Made by a program: the position numbers and the translations under genes. A stretch of 39,711 bases of DNA from positions 1 through 39,711 of the forward strand of contig JBGFSC010000041.1 of the NCBI GenBank assembly GCA_041694815.1. Reading direction: 5' to 3'. Below are positions 26,583 to 35,062 of the stretch, in pieces. The notes under the pieces were generated by a model. It ran no database searches. It saw only the letters and a list, made by a program, of their open reading frames with translations, and was not told the origin of the DNA. The DNA is from Elusimicrobiota bacterium (GTDB taxonomy: Bacteria > Elusimicrobiota > Elusimicrobia > UBA1565 > JACRDR01). Each line of letters begins with the position of its first letter. The stretch's first letter is position 1.

Positions 26583-26810
26583 ATGAAAGAGCTCGTGTTG
26601 ACGCTGGCCAAGAACTTGGTTGACAAGCCGGAGCAGGTGGAAGTGACGCAGACCGAGAACGCGGGGACCCTGGTCCTGACGGTGCGAGTGGCCGAGGAGG
26701 ATAAGGGCAAGATCATCGGCAAGCAGGGAAAGGTGATCAAGGCGATCCGGGCCGTCATAGCCGCCGCCGCCGAGAAAGCCGAGCAAAAGGTGTCCGTGGA
26801 CCTAGAATGA
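26583..26810 (+). CDS. khpA: KH-domain RNA-binding protein KhpA
   Basis: MKELV..LAK.LVD.PE, DKGKIIGKQGK.IKAIR; follows rpsP. Confidence 0.9.
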   Translation: MKELVLTLAKNLVDKPEQVEVTQTENAGTLVLTVRVAEEDKGKIIGKQGKVIKAIRAVIAAAAEKAEQKVSVDLE

Positions 26811-27544
26811 GCCGGAATAAGACGCCACCCGCGCCGCGAGCGGCTTTGCGTATCGACGTCGTCACCTTGTTTCCCGAGATGTTCGAGGGGCCGATGGGGC
26901 ATAGCATCGTCGGCCGCGCCCGCCGCAACGGGATATTGGAGCTCGGCTTCGTCAATCCGCGGGATTTCGCCCGGGATGCCCGCAGGACCGTCGACGACCG
27001 GCCTTACGGCGGCGGTCCCGGCATGGTGCTGCAGCCGCAGCCGGTCTATGACGCCATCGGCAGCGTGCGCCGAAGGTACTCTACCGTGGTCTACCTGAGC
27101 CCGCAGGGGCGGCGCTTCGATCAGGCCGCCGCCTCCCGGCTCGCCGCGGCAAGACACCTGATCCTTTTGTGCGGGCATTACGAGGGCGTCGATGAGCGCG
27201 TGCTGCGCTACGTCGACGAGGAGATATCGATCGGAGATTACGTCCTGACCGGCGGTGAGCTGCCGGCGATGGTCGTAGCCGACGCCGTCACCCGGCTCTT
27301 GCCGGGCGCCTTGGGCAAGGACTGCTCCATCGTGGAGGAATCCTTCGCCGGGGCCCTCTTGGAGCATCCGCAATTCACGCGGCCGCCTCTGTGGCGGCGC
27401 CGGCAGGTGCCCGAGGTGCTGCTCAGCGGCGATCACGCCCGGATCGCGGAGTGGAGAAGGCGCCAATCCGTGGAGGCGACGCGCCGCAAGAGGCCGGATT
27501 TACTGACAATCAAGAACACTCAGAGGAGCGTCGTATCGCCGTAG
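26807..27544 (+). CDS. trmD: tRNA (guanine-N1)-methyltransferase
   Basis: [50 protein letters not shown]. Confidence 0.97.
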   Translation: MSRNKTPPAPRAALRIDVVTLFPEMFEGPMGHSIVGRARRNGILELGFVNPRDFARDARRTVDDRPYGGGPGMVLQPQPVYDAIGSVRRRYSTVVYLSPQGRRFDQAAASRLAAARHLILLCGHYEGVDERVLRYVDEEISIGDYVLTGGELPAMVVADAVTRLLPGALGKDCSIVEESFAGALLEHPQFTRPPLWRRRQVPEVLLSGDHARIAEWRRRQSVEATRRKRPDLLTIKNTQRSVVSP

Positions 27545-27579
27545 TCGCGCCCTGTAGCGTTATAAAAGGAGAAAAAATC

Positions 27580-27996
27580 ATGTCCGCCGAATCATCGCCC
27601 CAGACGAGCAAGAAATCATTCCCGCCCTTTAAACCCGGAGACACCGTCCGCGTCCACCTGAAGGTGGTCGAAGGCGAGAGCGAGCGCATCCAGGTCTTCG
27701 AGGGAACGGTGATCCGGCGCCGGGGAACGGGAGTCTCCGAGTCCTTCATCGTGCGCAAGATCTCCTTCGGGGTCGGAGTCGAGCGGACCTTCCCGCTGTA
27801 CTCCAAGCGCATCGAGAAGATCGAGATCGCGCGCACGGGCCGGGTGCGCCGCTCGAGGCTCTACTACCTGCGCAACCTCACCGGCAAGTCCGCGAGGCTC
27901 GACGACGAGGGCCGGGAGGCGCCCAAGCCGGCGGTGTCTGCGTCGGCCAAGCCGGGGGAAGCGGGCATCAAGACCCTTTCGACGCTAGCCTCTTAA
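27580..27996 (+). CDS. rplS: 50S ribosomal protein L19
   Basis: [57 protein letters not shown]. Confidence 0.96.
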   Translation: MSAESSPQTSKKSFPPFKPGDTVRVHLKVVEGESERIQVFEGTVIRRRGTGVSESFIVRKISFGVGVERTFPLYSKRIEKIEIARTGRVRRSRLYYLRNLTGKSARLDDEGREAPKPAVSASAKPGEAGIKTLSTLAS

Positions 27997-28006
27997 GCTC
28001 GCGCGA

Positions 28007-28672
28007 GTGGCCGGGCGGCTTTGGCGTTTCGACCAGGCGCTGCGCCGCGAACGCGGCCGTCCGACGCTCATTGGAGTCGACGAGGCGGGTCGCGGGCCTC
28101 TCGCCGGTCCCGTCGTCGCCGCCGCGGTAGTGCTGCCCTCCGGTGGCTCGCGGGAGTTGGCCGGGGTGCGCGACAGCAAAACCTTGAGCGCCGCCCAGCG
28201 CGAGCGGCTCTTCTCGGCGATACGCCGCAATGCCCTGCAGGTTGCGGTGGGCTGGGCTTTAAGCGAGGAGATAGATCGAATCAACATACTGCAGGCCTCG
28301 CTGTTGGCGATGCGTAGGGCGCTCGCCCGCTTAAGGTTCCAAGAGCCGTCACCCGCGTCGGCTCTGCTCATCGTCGACGGCAATCGCCGCATCCCCGAGG
28401 TCCCGCTGGCCCAAGAGGCGATTATCGGCGGCGATCGGGACTCCTTGAGCATCGCCAGCGCCGGCATCGTCGCCAAGGTCGTTCGCGACCGCTGGATGAA
28501 CCGGCTCGACGGTCTTTTCCCGGGCTATGGTTTCGCCAGGCATAAGGGATATGGGACCCCGGAGCACTTGGGGGCCTTAAGGCGCCTGGGCCCGAGCAGG
28601 ATCCACCGCCGCAGTTTCGCCCCGGTGCTGGCCGCGCCCAGACAACTCTTGGAGGAGGGCATCCCCGCGTGA
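28007..28672 (+). CDS. rnhB: Ribonuclease HII
   Basis: GVDEAGRGPLAGPVVAAA, RDSK, EIDRINILQAS, AKVVRD, HKGYGT, HRRSF. Confidence 0.96.
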   Translation: MAGRLWRFDQALRRERGRPTLIGVDEAGRGPLAGPVVAAAVVLPSGGSRELAGVRDSKTLSAAQRERLFSAIRRNALQVAVGWALSEEIDRINILQASLLAMRRALARLRFQEPSPASALLIVDGNRRIPEVPLAQEAIIGGDRDSLSIASAGIVAKVVRDRWMNRLDGLFPGYGFARHKGYGTPEHLGALRRLGPSRIHRRSFAPVLAAPRQLLEEGIPA

Positions 28673-29034
28673 GCCTCGCGCGACAGGCCTTAGGCCAGGA
28701 CGGGGAGGACCGGGCCGCGCGGCTGCTGCGCGAGGCGGGATGCGATATCCTCGAGCGTGGTTTTAAGACCCCCTTCGGGGAGATCGACCTCATCGCGCGC
28801 GACGGCCCGACCCTGGTGTTTGTGGAGGTCAAGACCCGCCGCGGCTATCGGTTCGGCTCGCCGGAGGAAGCGGTCGGAACGCGCAAGCAGGCCCATATGG
28901 CCAAGGCCGCCCTGATGTACCTGCAGCGGTGCAAGATGAGCGGCGCGCCGGTGCGTTTCGACGTGATCTCCGTATCGCCGCAGGGCCTGCGGCACATTCG
29001 GGACGCGTTCAGCGTTCCGGGATGTGCCTGGTGA
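28669..29034 (+). CDS. yraN: YraN family endonuclease-like protein
   Basis: LG..GE..AA, GEIDLIA, LVFVEVKTR, RFDV. Confidence 0.9.
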   Translation: MSLARQALGQDGEDRAARLLREAGCDILERGFKTPFGEIDLIARDGPTLVFVEVKTRRGYRFGSPEEAVGTRKQAHMAKAALMYLQRCKMSGAPVRFDVISVSPQGLRHIRDAFSVPGCAW

Positions 29035-29375
29035 AATGCCCGGCCTGCGGTTTCGAATCGCCCGAGGGGGCGCAGTGGTGCGATTTCTGCAAGGAGCCCT
29101 TCAACAAGAAGCCGAAACCGGCCCCTGCGCCTGCCGTTGCGTCCCCCCCGTTGAAGCTGCCCCCGCCGCCGCTGCCCTCCGCTTCCCAAGATGTCGCTGC
29201 CGGTATCCCGCCGGAGTTCGCGGGACTCGACACCGGCGGCAAAATACCAGTCGCCCCGCCCTGGTTTAAGTACGCCGGACTGGCCCTATTGGGGATATGG
29301 ATACTCTGCATGGTCTGGATGGCCGGGTTTTATATGGCCAAGGCCAACTCCCCCGCCGCTAAAACCAGTAATTGA
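29031..29375 (+). CDS. Zinc-ribbon, Pro-rich, C-terminal TM protein
   Basis: GTG overlapping the yraN stop; CPACG..WCDFC; hydrophobic C-terminal helix. Confidence 0.7.
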   Translation: MKCPACGFESPEGAQWCDFCKEPFNKKPKPAPAPAVASPPLKLPPPPLPSASQDVAAGIPPEFAGLDTGGKIPVAPPWFKYAGLALLGIWILCMVWMAGFYMAKANSPAAKTSN

Positions 29376-29976
29376 GGCCCGCTTTATACGCCATGGCCTC
29401 GGCGGACCCGGCCGCGAACGCGCTGCCGAGCTCGAAGCCGTGATAGCGCAGCTCGAAGAAGGAGCTAATGTTGCGTCCGAGGAAGGCCTCCAGGCCCGCC
29501 CCGGTCGTCACCGCCCATGAGCTGCTGGCCGGTTTCGAGCTGCCGTGCGCGTCCCGGACCTCGCCGAAGAAACGCTGCCACCCTCCCCCTCCCAACAGGT
29601 ACGGCGTCCAGCTCCGGCCCGAAAAGAGATTGAGGCGCATCAAGGCCACCAGAGCGATGTCGGAGGCGCTGGAGCTCGATCCCGCGCCGTAGGGCGGGTG
29701 GTAAAAATTGGATTCGCCGACGGCCTTCTTCCCGAAGCGGAATACGCTCCCCTCGATGCCGAGGGCCATCCAATCGAGCGGGTAGTGGAAATAATGTAAG
29801 GAAAGGACGGGGCCTGGCTTGGCCACCCGGTTGAAGCGGTTGGTCGTAGTCGGCACCGCCCATCCCAGGCCCAGGCCCAGCACGCTTACGTCCTCGCTGA
29901 AGCTCATCGCGGGTGCGGCGGCGCGCGAGGACCCCGCCGCGGCCAAGAGCAGCAGCGAGAGGACCCCCGCCTTAAT
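29359..29976 (-). CDS. Small outer-membrane beta-barrel protein (start uncertain)
   Basis: Signal-like KAGVLSLLLLAAAGSSRA, WTPYLLGGGG, GAGLE, ELRYH, terminal AGLNYWF; the long ORF call extends spuriously into the transketolase gene. Confidence 0.72.
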   Translation of the reverse strand: MKAGVLSLLLLAAAGSSRAAAPAMSFSEDVSVLGLGLGWAVPTTTNRFNRVAKPGPVLSLHYFHYPLDWMALGIEGSVFRFGKKAVGESNFYHPPYGAGSSSSASDIALVALMRLNLFSGRSWTPYLLGGGGWQRFFGEVRDAHGSSKPASSSWAVTTGAGLEAFLGRNISSFFELRYHGFELGSAFAAGSAEAMAYKAGLNYWF

Positions 29977-30925
29977 CGAGGTTCCTGAGGCAGGCCTCGG
30001 CGATGTGGTTGGCGGAGAGTCCGTACTTCTCGTAGAGCTCCTCCGTGCCGCCGGATTCCGCGAAATCACGCACCGCGAGCCGAACCAGGGGCGCGGGGCA
30101 GCCGCGGTCGGCCAGCGCCTCCGCCACGGCGGAGCCGAGCCCTCCCGTTTCGTAATGGTCCTCCACCGTGACGAGGCGCGAGGAGGAGCCGGCCGCCGCG
30201 AGGATGCCGTCGGCGTCGAAGGGCTTGAGGGTGTGGGCGTTGAGGACCTGCGCCATGAAGCCGCGGCGCTCCAGCGCCTTGGCGGCTTCCACGGCGTTGG
30301 CCACCACCGCGCCGCTGGCCAATATGGAGGCCTGGTATTTCGGCGGCGGCGATGCCGGTTTCCAGATCGGGTCCAGCTTGCCGAACCGGAAGGCGTAGTC
30401 CGCCGGGTGCAGCTCCGGGACATTCTGCCGGGTCAAGCGGAGGTATACCGGCCCCTGGTGGCGCAGCATCCAGTCGACGGCTTGGCGCGTCTCGACCGCG
30501 TCGGCGGGCTGCAGCACCGTCATGCCGCTTAAGGCGCGCATGGCGGCGACGTCCTCGAGTCCCATCTGGCTGGGGCCGTCGTCGCCGATCCCGATCCCGG
30601 CGTGGGTGCCGACGAGTTTCACGTTGGTCCGGTTGTAGGCCACGGCCACCCGGATCACCTCTAGCCGGCCGGCTAGGAAGCAGGCAAAGGAGGTGGCGAC
30701 GGGGATCTTCCCAGCCATGGCGAGCCCGGCGGCGGCGCCGATCAAGTTCTGCTCGGCGATGCCAAGCTCGAAATGCCGCTCGGGGAAGCGCTTCATGAAG
30801 GCGACGGTGCGCGTGGAGCCCCCCAGGTCCGCGTCGAGCACGACCAGCCTGGGCTCCTCGGCGCCGAGCTCGGCCAGGCGGGCCCCGAAGGCGTCGCGGG
30901 TGGCTCCGGAGGTGGCGGAAGCCAT
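29972..30925 (-). CDS. Transketolase, C-terminal subunit
   Basis: ATRDAFG, LDADL..ST, GIAEQN, DGPSQMGLED, GPVYLRL, VEDH...GGLGSAVAE. Confidence 0.93.
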   Translation of the reverse strand: MASATSGATRDAFGARLAELGAEEPRLVVLDADLGGSTRTVAFMKRFPERHFELGIAEQNLIGAAAGLAMAGKIPVATSFACFLAGRLEVIRVAVAYNRTNVKLVGTHAGIGIGDDGPSQMGLEDVAAMRALSGMTVLQPADAVETRQAVDWMLRHQGPVYLRLTRQNVPELHPADYAFRFGKLDPIWKPASPPPKYQASILASGAVVANAVEAAKALERRGFMAQVLNAHTLKPFDADGILAAAGSSSRLVTVEDHYETGGLGSAVAEALADRGCPAPLVRLAVRDFAESGGTEELYEKYGLSANHIAEACLRNLD

Positions 30926-31761
30926 CAGGAATTAAGCTCCGCGATGGCCTTGGCGGCCTCTTCCGGTTTGGGCGCCTTGCCGTGCCAGGCGGGCTGCAGC
31001 TCCATCCACGAGACTCCCTTGCCCTTGACGGTGCGCAGGATAATGGCCTGCGGCTTTCCCGTCGCCTGCCGCGCCGCCCGGAGGGCGGAGTCGATGGCCT
31101 CGAAATTGTGCCCGTCGATCTCGGCGACCTGCCAATTGAAGGCCTCGAGCTTGTCTTGCAGCGGGGCCAGGTCCATCTGGGCCTTGGTGAGGCCCTCCTG
31201 CTGGACCTGGTTGTAGTCGACGACCCAGATCAGGTTGTCGAGCTTGTACTTGGGCGCGGCCATGGCCGCTTCCCAAATCTGCCCCTCCTGCACTTCGCCG
31301 TCTCCGGTCATGCAGACCGTCTTCCACGCCGCGCGATCGAGCTTCGCGGCCAGGGCCAAGCCGAGCGCGATGGAAAGCCCCTGCCCCAGCGAGCCGGTGT
31401 TGGCCTCGATGAAAGGCAGGCGGCGTTTGTCCGGATGCCCTTGGAGCCGGGAGCCGAATTTGCGTAGGGTCTTTAGCTCCGCCTTCGGGAAGTAACCGGC
31501 GTTCGCGAGTACGCAGTAGAGCGCCGGGACGCAATGCCCTTTCGAGAGCAGAAACCGGTCGCGTTCGGGGTCGTCGGGTCGTTTCGGGTCGTGGCGCAAG
31601 TGTCCACCGAAATAGAGTACGGTGAGGAAATCGATGGCCGAAAGCGAGCCGCCGGGATGTCCCGAGCCGGCCTCGGCGAGCATCTCGATGATCTCGACGC
31701 GGAAACGCTTGGCCTTATTTTGGAGCTCGGAGAGGGTTTGACCAGGGGAGGAAACCGCCAT
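30925..31761 (-). CDS. Transketolase, N-terminal (TPP-binding) subunit
   Basis: SGHPGGSLS, DRFLLSKGH, LQGHP, GSLGQG, GDGEVQEGQIWEA, DGHN, TVKGKG, WHGKAP. Confidence 0.94.
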   Translation of the reverse strand: MAVSSPGQTLSELQNKAKRFRVEIIEMLAEAGSGHPGGSLSAIDFLTVLYFGGHLRHDPKRPDDPERDRFLLSKGHCVPALYCVLANAGYFPKAELKTLRKFGSRLQGHPDKRRLPFIEANTGSLGQGLSIALGLALAAKLDRAAWKTVCMTGDGEVQEGQIWEAAMAAPKYKLDNLIWVVDYNQVQQEGLTKAQMDLAPLQDKLEAFNWQVAEIDGHNFEAIDSALRAARQATGKPQAIILRTVKGKGVSWMELQPAWHGKAPKPEEAAKAIAELNS

Positions 31762-31768
31762 CACCGAA

Positions 31769-31789
31769 ATTTTACAAAAATGGTAGAAT
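31769..31789. promoter_or_regulatory. Back-to-back -10 elements for transketolase (-) and PNP (+)
   Basis: TAAAAT on minus, 7 nt before ATG 31761; TGgTAGAAT on plus, 7 nt before ATG 31797. Confidence 0.6.
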
Positions 31790-31796
31790 CCCGTCC

Positions 31797-32627
31797 ATGG
31801 AAATCCAAACCTACGTCAACAGCATCCGACGGGCCACGGACTTCATTCGCGGGCGCTGCCCCTCCGCCAAGCCCGGCGTCGCGATCATCCTAGGCAGCGG
31901 GCTCTCCGCCGCCACCCCCAATTTGGACAAGGCGGAGATCATCCCCTATTCCCAGATTCCGGGCTTTCCCCGCACGACGGTCAGCGGTCACGAGGGCAAG
32001 CTGATCTTGGGCAACCTGGGGAGGTTCCAGGTCGCGGTGATGCAGGGGCGCTTCCATTATTACGAGGGGCACTCGATGGAATCCATCGCCCTGCCCGTGC
32101 GGGTGCTCGAGTACATGGGCCTTAAGACCCTCGTCATCACGGCGGCGGTCGGCTCGATGAGGCCCCAGATCAAGCCGGGCCATATCGTGGTCGTCAAGGA
32201 CCATATCAATCTGATGGGACGCAATCCCTTGCGCGCCTTCCACGAGGAGGAGTTCGGCGACATGTTCCCCGACATGCGCGACGCCTACGATCCCGCGCTA
32301 CGCAGGATCGCGCTGGCCGCCTGCCGCAAGCAGCGCTTGGCGGCCCGCGAAGGCGTCTACGTCGCGGTCGGCGGTCCCTCCTACGAGACCCCCGCCGAGG
32401 TCCGCGCCTTCCGCTCCCTGGGCGGGGATGTCGTGGGTATGTCCGTCGTGCCAGAGGTGGTCGTCGCCAGGCAGATGGGGGTGCGCGTGCTGGCCTTGAG
32501 CTGGATCTCCAACTTGGCGGCGGGCCTCTCGAAGGCGAGCCTCAGCCATCCCGACGTTCTGGCCCTGGGCAAGCAGATCTCCCAGGACCTGCGCGCGCTG
32601 CTAGACGAGATATTAAAGAAGATATAA
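31797..32627 (+). CDS. punA: Purine-nucleoside phosphorylase (trimeric type)
   Basis: IILGSGL, IPY..IPGFP..TV.GH.G, MQGRFHYYEG, DHINL, GPSYETPAE, VGMS.VPE. Confidence 0.92.
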   Translation: MEIQTYVNSIRRATDFIRGRCPSAKPGVAIILGSGLSAATPNLDKAEIIPYSQIPGFPRTTVSGHEGKLILGNLGRFQVAVMQGRFHYYEGHSMESIALPVRVLEYMGLKTLVITAAVGSMRPQIKPGHIVVVKDHINLMGRNPLRAFHEEEFGDMFPDMRDAYDPALRRIALAACRKQRLAAREGVYVAVGGPSYETPAEVRAFRSLGGDVVGMSVVPEVVVARQMGVRVLALSWISNLAAGLSKASLSHPDVLALGKQISQDLRALLDEILKKI

Positions 32628-32634
32628 TGAGTGA

Positions 32635-32768
32635 AGTTTTTACGCGCCTCGGGCGCGTGACTCGTCGCGCGAAGCGCGACGAGTTCGAGCTTTCTCGCGA
32701 GTATTCCGAGCTCGGCGCGGTCGTTTGCGCCGAGCCCACGCGCTCAAAGCGCGTAAAAAGTTGCCGTT
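32635..32768. repeat. Inverted pair of double-hairpin REP-like elements (BIME/REPIN-like)
   Basis: Plus copy 32635-32684; minus copy 32710-32768 reading AACGGCAACTTTTTACGCGCTttgAGCGCGTGGGCTCGGCGCAAACGACCGCGCCGAGC. Confidence 0.85.
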
Positions 32769-32783
32769 ATAGGGGCGAGTAAC

Positions 32784-34091
32784 ATGAGGATGCTCGACCT
32801 GATCGCCCAAAAGCGGGAGGGTCGGGAGCATTCGGAGGAGGAGCTCGGCTTCATCGCCGCCGCCTCCTGCGACGGCAGCGTCCCCGACTACCAGCTGTCG
32901 GCCTGGCTGATGGCCGTTTGCTGCCGTGGGATGAGCGAGAGGGAATCGGTAGCGTGGACGCGCGCCATGACGGCCACGGGCCGGCGGCTCGGGCTGTCGA
33001 AGCTCAAAAAGCCCAAGGTCGACAAGCATTCGACCGGAGGGGTGGGCGACGGGATATCCCTGGCCCTGGCACCTCTGCTGGCGGCCTCCGGCGCGGTGGT
33101 TCCCATGATGTCGGGGCGGGGACTGGGCCACACCGGCGGCACCCTAGACAAGCTCGAGTCCATCCCGGGATTTAAGGTCCGCCGAAGCATCCCGCAAGTG
33201 CTCTCGCAGCTCCGCTCGATCGGCGTATGCATGTTCGGCCAGACGGCGGAACTCGCTCCCGCCGACCGCAAGCTTTATCCGCTGCGCGACGCGACGGCGA
33301 CAGTCGAGTCGACCCCCCTCATCGTGGCCAGCATCCTCTCGAAGAAGCTGGCGGAGGATTTGGACGCCCTCGTTTTCGATATCAAGTGTGGCTCTGGCGC
33401 CATATTCCGAGAGCAGCGCCATGCCGTTCGTTTAAGCCGCGCCCTGGTGAAGGCCGCCAAGGGGCTAGGGCTGCCCTGCGCGGGGCTCGTCACCGACATG
33501 GAACAGCCGCTGGGCCGCGCCGTGGGCAACGCCCTGGAGATGCGGCAGGCCATCGAGGTTCTCCAAGGCGGCGGTTCGGCGCCCGACTTCCGCCAGTTGC
33601 TGCTGACCCTGGGAGGCTGGATGTTGCGCCTGGCGGGACGAGCGGGCTCATGGGAGCAGGGAGCCGAACGATTGGAAGGCCTGCTGCGCAACGGGGCCGC
33701 CGCCCTGCGTTTGCGGCAGATGGTTCGCTGGCAGGGCGGCGACCCGCGCGTCGTCGACGATCCGGACCGGGTGCTGCCGCGCGCCAAGCTTAGCGCCGTG
33801 GTGAGGGCGCGGCACTCCGGGCATCTATCGCGCTTAGACGCCCGGCTCGTCGGTATGGCCGCAGTCGAGCTGGGGGCGGGCCGCAGCACGATGGAGGATG
33901 CCATCGATTACGGCGCCGGCATACTGCTCGAGAAAAAACTCTCCGATCCCGTCCGTCGCTCCGAGGTGATCGCCCGGCTCTACGCCTCGGACGCACCCAA
34001 GCTCCGCGCGGGGGCGAAGATCTTCGAGCAGGCAATCGCGATCGGGCCCCGGCGCCGGCCGCCGCCGCTCATCCGGGAGGTCGTCCGATGA
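32784..34091 (+). CDS. pdp: Pyrimidine-nucleoside/thymidine phosphorylase
   Basis: VPDYQLSAWLMA, DKHSTGGVGD, MSGRGLGHTGGTLDKLESIPG, LRDAT.TV, SILSKK. Confidence 0.95.
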   Translation: MRMLDLIAQKREGREHSEEELGFIAAASCDGSVPDYQLSAWLMAVCCRGMSERESVAWTRAMTATGRRLGLSKLKKPKVDKHSTGGVGDGISLALAPLLAASGAVVPMMSGRGLGHTGGTLDKLESIPGFKVRRSIPQVLSQLRSIGVCMFGQTAELAPADRKLYPLRDATATVESTPLIVASILSKKLAEDLDALVFDIKCGSGAIFREQRHAVRLSRALVKAAKGLGLPCAGLVTDMEQPLGRAVGNALEMRQAIEVLQGGGSAPDFRQLLLTLGGWMLRLAGRAGSWEQGAERLEGLLRNGAAALRLRQMVRWQGGDPRVVDDPDRVLPRAKLSAVVRARHSGHLSRLDARLVGMAAVELGAGRSTMEDAIDYGAGILLEKKLSDPVRRSEVIARLYASDAPKLRAGAKIFEQAIAIGPRRRPPPLIREVVR

Positions 34092-34714
34092 ATTCCTCAG
34101 TCACGATTTGCCGCCACCCTCTGGTCGCCGACTGCCTCGCTAGGCTCCGCGACAAGAACACCGGGCACGCGGAGTTCCAGGAGCTGCTGGCGCAGGCGGC
34201 CGCGGTGATGGGGGCGGAGGCTTTGTCGGGCCTGCGCACGAGAAGCGCCACCGTCTTAACCATGCTTAAGTCCTCCCGGGCTCGCGTCATTGACCAGCCA
34301 ATCGTGCTCGCGGCGGTGTTGCGCGCGGGTCTCGGGTTCCTGCCGGGTCTGCTGCGCATCGCCCCGCGGGCCAAGATCGGGCATATCGGGCTCTACCGCA
34401 ACGAGGAGACGCTCAACCCCGTTCGCTATTACGTGCGCCTGCCCAAGGGCTTAGACGGCAGCTTCGTCCTGTTGCTCGACGTGATGTTGGCCACCGGAGG
34501 CTCGGCGGTGGAGGCCTTGCGGATTCTAAAGACTGACGGTGCCTCGCAGATCACCCTGCTTTGCCTGGTGGCCGCTAAGGCGGGAATACGCCGGGTGCGC
34601 AGGGAGCATCCGGACGTGCGCATCGTAACGGCCGCGGTGGATCCGACGCTCAATAAGAAAGGGTATATCGTTCCCGGCTTGGGGGATGCCGGCGACCGGC
34701 TGTTTGGAACTTAG
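34088..34714 (+). CDS. upp: Uracil phosphoribosyltransferase
   Basis: HPLV, VLRAGLG, GHIGLYRNEETL, MLATGGSA, GYIVPGLGDAGDRLFGT. Confidence 0.95.
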   Translation: MNSSVTICRHPLVADCLARLRDKNTGHAEFQELLAQAAAVMGAEALSGLRTRSATVLTMLKSSRARVIDQPIVLAAVLRAGLGFLPGLLRIAPRAKIGHIGLYRNEETLNPVRYYVRLPKGLDGSFVLLLDVMLATGGSAVEALRILKTDGASQITLLCLVAAKAGIRRVRREHPDVRIVTAAVDPTLNKKGYIVPGLGDAGDRLFGT

Positions 34715-34736
34715 GCTTAGGTGGGACTTAGGGGAC

Positions 34737-34823
34737 TTAGGTGTCAGACTTTAACTTTTTAAACTTTTGGAACTTACTTTTAAAAAATTCCAAAAGTTTA
34801 AAAAGTTAAAGTCTGACACCTAA
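34737..34823. repeat. Perfect 36-bp inverted repeat with 15-bp spacer (MITE/REPIN-like)
   Basis: TTAGGTGTCAGACTTTAACTTTTTAAACTTTTGGAA (34737-34772) and its exact reverse complement (34788-34823). Confidence 0.92.
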
Positions 34824-34988
34824 CTCGCCACAGCGGCGGGGCAGCGCGCAGGGCTCGTACTGGGCCAGCCAGGTCTGCACGCAGCGATTGGGCCAGACGC
34901 AGGGCTGCACTTGCGCCGTCATGGGTGTCAGCCTAGAGTCTGTCACCGCCGGCGCGCTCAAGGACAGTAACATCAGTAATTCGATCAC
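34806..34988 (-). CDS. Small secreted peptide with two AQxxPCxxPxRC repeats
   Basis: Hydrophobic N-terminus; AQVQPCVWPNRC and AQYEPCALPRRC; TACACT 6 nt before the GTG. Confidence 0.65.
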   Translation of the reverse strand: MIELLMLLSLSAPAVTDSRLTPMTAQVQPCVWPNRCVQTWLAQYEPCALPRRCGELGVRL

Positions 34989-35022
34989 GGCCCCAGTGTA
35001 CTTTATAGGCCTAAAGGCCTAT

Positions 35023-35059
35023 ATGACCTCGGTCAATAAGGCCTATTGATTTAGATCAA
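35023..35059. promoter_or_regulatory. Two FNR-type boxes
   Basis: ATGAC-N4-GTCAA (35023-35036) and consensus TTGAT-N4-ATCAA (35046-35059), adjacent to the Crp/Fnr gene. Confidence 0.7.
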
Positions 35060-35062
35060 TAA

